This document shows positions 61,871-64,000 of a DNA stretch of 64,000 nt, piece after piece. A program made the translations under genes and the position numbers. Position 1 is the stretch's first letter. Each line of letters starts with the position of its first letter. Origin of the DNA: Calditrichia bacterium (GTDB lineage Bacteria; Calditrichota; Calditrichia; RBG-13-44-9; J075); contig JBOEGD010000027.1 of assembly GCA_050633245.1 (NCBI GenBank), forward strand, positions 40,339 through 104,338, read 5' to 3'. The notes under the pieces were generated by a model that did not search any database, was not told the origin of the DNA, and saw nothing but the letters and a program-made list of their open reading frames with translations.

Positions 61871-62578
61871 TCAGGAGGAACGAAGCCAATAAATGAACAA
61901 TGCAATAAACAGCAATGTGGCTGGAATCGCAATCCAAAAGCCATACGTCCCAATCCCGATGGGCAAGAACAGTATTAGCATCAATAGTATAAGAAGCTTG
62001 ATGCCATCTCCCACAGCCTGTGTTAAAAATCCCTCTTCAACCCCTTTTCCTGCTATTGGTAACTCAGAAACGTAAAGGTTTTGCTCCCTAAGGTAACTCA
62101 ATAGTCTTCTATACTCAGTCCATTTGCTACTAATATCAAGCAGCGTTTCACCCGCCTTATTGAGTATCCTGATATCATCACGGTACATAGGATCATCGTA
62201 TTGGCTCAGAGGCCGTTGCACGAATATCAATTCAGAAAGATTGTATTCTTTACTTCGGGTCGGAAAGATCATATTCATTTTTCCTGGATCAAATTCAAGG
62301 CAACGCAATTGCCGATAGTACCTGAACGAAGAAATGATGAGGGCAAGAAGAATTGAGACAATAGTGATATAGAAAAATTGAATATTGGACTCAGTAGTAC
62401 CATCGCCCCAGTAATAATAGGTGTAAAATTGAATATTGGACTCAGTAGTAAGATCAGGCCAATAATAAATGAGGCTAATAACATACCCGAACAAGTAAGC
62501 ATGAGATAGGAACTCAAGTAACAGCCTAAACCATGAGGATACACAAAATGTCTGATTTGTTTTTAGGTTTGCACACAT
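61871..62578 (-). CDS. Hypothetical membrane protein (2 TM, soluble domain, 2 TM) with an internal 17-aa duplication
   Basis: Hydrophobic termini; YYWPDLTTESNIQF / YYWGDGTTESNIQF. Confidence 0.7.
   Translation of the reverse strand: MCANLKTNQTFCVSSWFRLLLEFLSHAYLFGYVISLIYYWPDLTTESNIQFYTYYYWGDGTTESNIQFFYITIVSILLALIISSFRYYRQLRCLEFDPGKMNMIFPTRSKEYNLSELIFVQRPLSQYDDPMYRDDIRILNKAGETLLDISSKWTEYRRLLSYLREQNLYVSELPIAGKGVEEGFLTQAVGDGIKLLILLMLILFLPIGIGTYGFWIAIPATLLFIALFIYWLRSS
62374..62450. repeat. 26-bp perfect direct repeat at a 51-bp period
   Basis: AAAATTGAATATTGGACTCAGTAGTA at 62374 and 62425. Confidence 0.9.
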
Positions 62579-62639
62579 CTCACACCTTTAGGATGAATAA
62601 ATTTTCTGAAATAAAGAACTTTGTATATTTGAGAATCTC

Positions 62640-63446
62640 TCAATCGATTTGACGTGAGATTATCTCATCTGAAGCGTCTGCAGTTAAGGATGGGTTATTC
62701 CTTTCGATCTGATGGGCCATGGAAATTAGCATTAACGTAAGAGCGTAAAGAAAAAAGCCAACTAATATTAAGAAGAAAAATAGTTCTGGTGAAAATTGCG
62801 CGGCTATATAAAAGTATAAAAGTGGGAGTAGTAAGGAAGACAGTGCAACAATCCAATCCGGAAAGCGCATGATGATGCTAAAATTCTTCCGGTAGGCCAA
62901 ATAGAAACTTTTAAACTTGAGATACATTTTGCTGCGCACAACCGGCTCATATATAGATGGGACTTCTATTAACTCCGTTTCCAGTAGGAACTGTAATCTT
63001 TGAACGTCATGCCACCTCTCGACGTCCACATTTACAACTTCCTTATTTTCTTCTCGGAATCTGAGAGTACGCAGTTTTCTACCCTCATCTTCTGTCAGAT
63101 AAACCGCAGTTAAAGATGAGTATAAAAAGGTAGGCAGACCGTTAAACGACTTAACCGAGATTTCATCTCCATTAAACATTATCTTATAAGGCTTCATGGC
63201 ATCTTTAATAGCCGGGACGACGTTCAAGCTTAGCAGGAAAAATAAGGCGCTGAGAAATGCCAAAGTGATTGGAATGGCAAAATCATCCTTACCGGGATTA
63301 GTTCCATCATAACTACTCAAAAGCTCCTGCAGGGAAAGGAATGTAAGCGAGGTCATGCATATGAAAAAAAGCAATAAGTATATAGTAAGCAGCAGACTGC
63401 CACTTATGGGCAAATACTTGAAACGTTTAAAAATCTGGTGCTGCAT
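62640..63446 (-). CDS. Hypothetical membrane protein (2 TM, soluble domain, 2 TM)
   Basis: 268-aa ORF with the same topology as its neighbour. Confidence 0.7.
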   Translation of the reverse strand: MQHQIFKRFKYLPISGSLLLTIYLLLFFICMTSLTFLSLQELLSSYDGTNPGKDDFAIPITLAFLSALFFLLSLNVVPAIKDAMKPYKIMFNGDEISVKSFNGLPTFLYSSLTAVYLTEDEGRKLRTLRFREENKEVVNVDVERWHDVQRLQFLLETELIEVPSIYEPVVRSKMYLKFKSFYLAYRKNFSIIMRFPDWIVALSSLLLPLLYFYIAAQFSPELFFFLILVGFFLYALTLMLISMAHQIERNNPSLTADASDEIISRQID

Positions 63447-63512
63447 TCCTGGTCCGGTATAATATACTTTACTTCTTTATTCGCGACAGATATAGAAAAT
63501 TCGGAAAAGTAT

Positions 63513-64000
63513 TTATTTTTGTGCCTGCCACACCTCCCTGTCAAGTCTCATCAAATAGGTACTCCAGAAGCGGTCGCCAATTTGCGTATCCTGATCAAGC
63601 GTACGCTCGAGGCAGAATCCAACATTTTTATAACAACCAACGGCTGTAAGATTAAATATTAAGACCTTCAGAAAGAGATGGTCGACTCCGATCTCACCAA
63701 AAGCTACATCGCAGACCTGCTCCACCATGCGCGTTCCCAGTCCCAGCTGGCGATCTCCCCTCGAGCCAATCAGCGCACGACAAATGCTGGCCGTACCGCG
63801 ACTCTTGTTAATCTGGTTTAACTCGATGTGTCCGACAACCTGCCGCTTCGCGATATGCCATGCACGAAACAGTCTGCCCGCCCCACTCTGGATCTGCAGC
63901 TGCAAATGATCCAGAAGCTCGACCTCCTGCAAAGGCCAGGAGAAGGCATTCCCCGTCCACTGTCGACAAAGCTCTTCATTATCAACCCACTCCGCAAGGC
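63513..64000 (-). CDS. GNAT family N-acetyltransferase (5' end beyond the window)
   Basis: Frame open to the edge (LAEWVDNEEL..QWTG..F.WPL); R.LGLG, L.V..FN..A..CY..VGF. Confidence 0.85.
   Translation of the reverse strand, partial: LAEWVDNEELCRQWTGNAFSWPLQEVELLDHLQLQIQSGAGRLFRAWHIAKRQVVGHIELNQINKSRGTASICRALIGSRGDRQLGLGTRMVEQVCDVAFGEIGVDHLFLKVLIFNLTAVGCYKNVGFCLERTLDQDTQIGDRFWSTYLMRLDREVWQAQK

Noticed and set aside
62374-62450. Possible mini-CRISPR (26-bp repeat, 25-bp spacer)
   Set aside because: Only two copies, in frame within a CDS, with flanks that are also similar and no cas genes; it is a tandem duplication.

Overview
Chromosomal window from a Gram-negative FCB-group-like bacterium. 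Calditrichota is a reasonable inference from the QNYPNPFNP-type secretion C-termini, MqnA, BrxA/B, lapAB and TTGACA-type promoters. About 55 CDS are present, mostly on the minus strand. I recognised no rRNA, tRNA, CRISPR array, transposase or prophage. Blocks in order: (1) lipid and housekeeping genes; (2) a lapA-lapB-SPOR-Crp-histidine kinase-mqnA-divergent murF run; (3) an Rrf2/IscR-ferredoxin-sufBCDSUT operon with IscR-like operators, followed by bacilliredoxin, a desaturase and a Rieske ferredoxin; (4) secreted proteins; (5) a putative collagen amino-acid catabolic set (hydroxylysine kinase/phospho-lyase fusion, Cys/Thr-type hydroxyproline dehydratase, OCD-family reductase); (6) two beta-propeller sensor kinases; (7) tandem secreted paralogues; (8) an ABC ATPase plus permease/M1 peptidase fusion with LytS/LytTR and a triple 21-bp-period box; (9) a leader-mbnP-mbnH-barrel copper locus; (10) a g-type lysozyme; (11) a polyphosphate cluster pap(ppk2)-CHAD-parA-ppk1-ppx; (12) variable membrane-protein paralogues. 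The two best leads are a Cys-containing, PPP-ending leader ORF whose stop-codon region is complementary to the mbnP Shine-Dalgarno about 230 nt downstream (candidate metal-responsive ribosome-stalling switch), and a ParA-CHAD pair inside the polyP operon (candidate polyP-granule positioning system).
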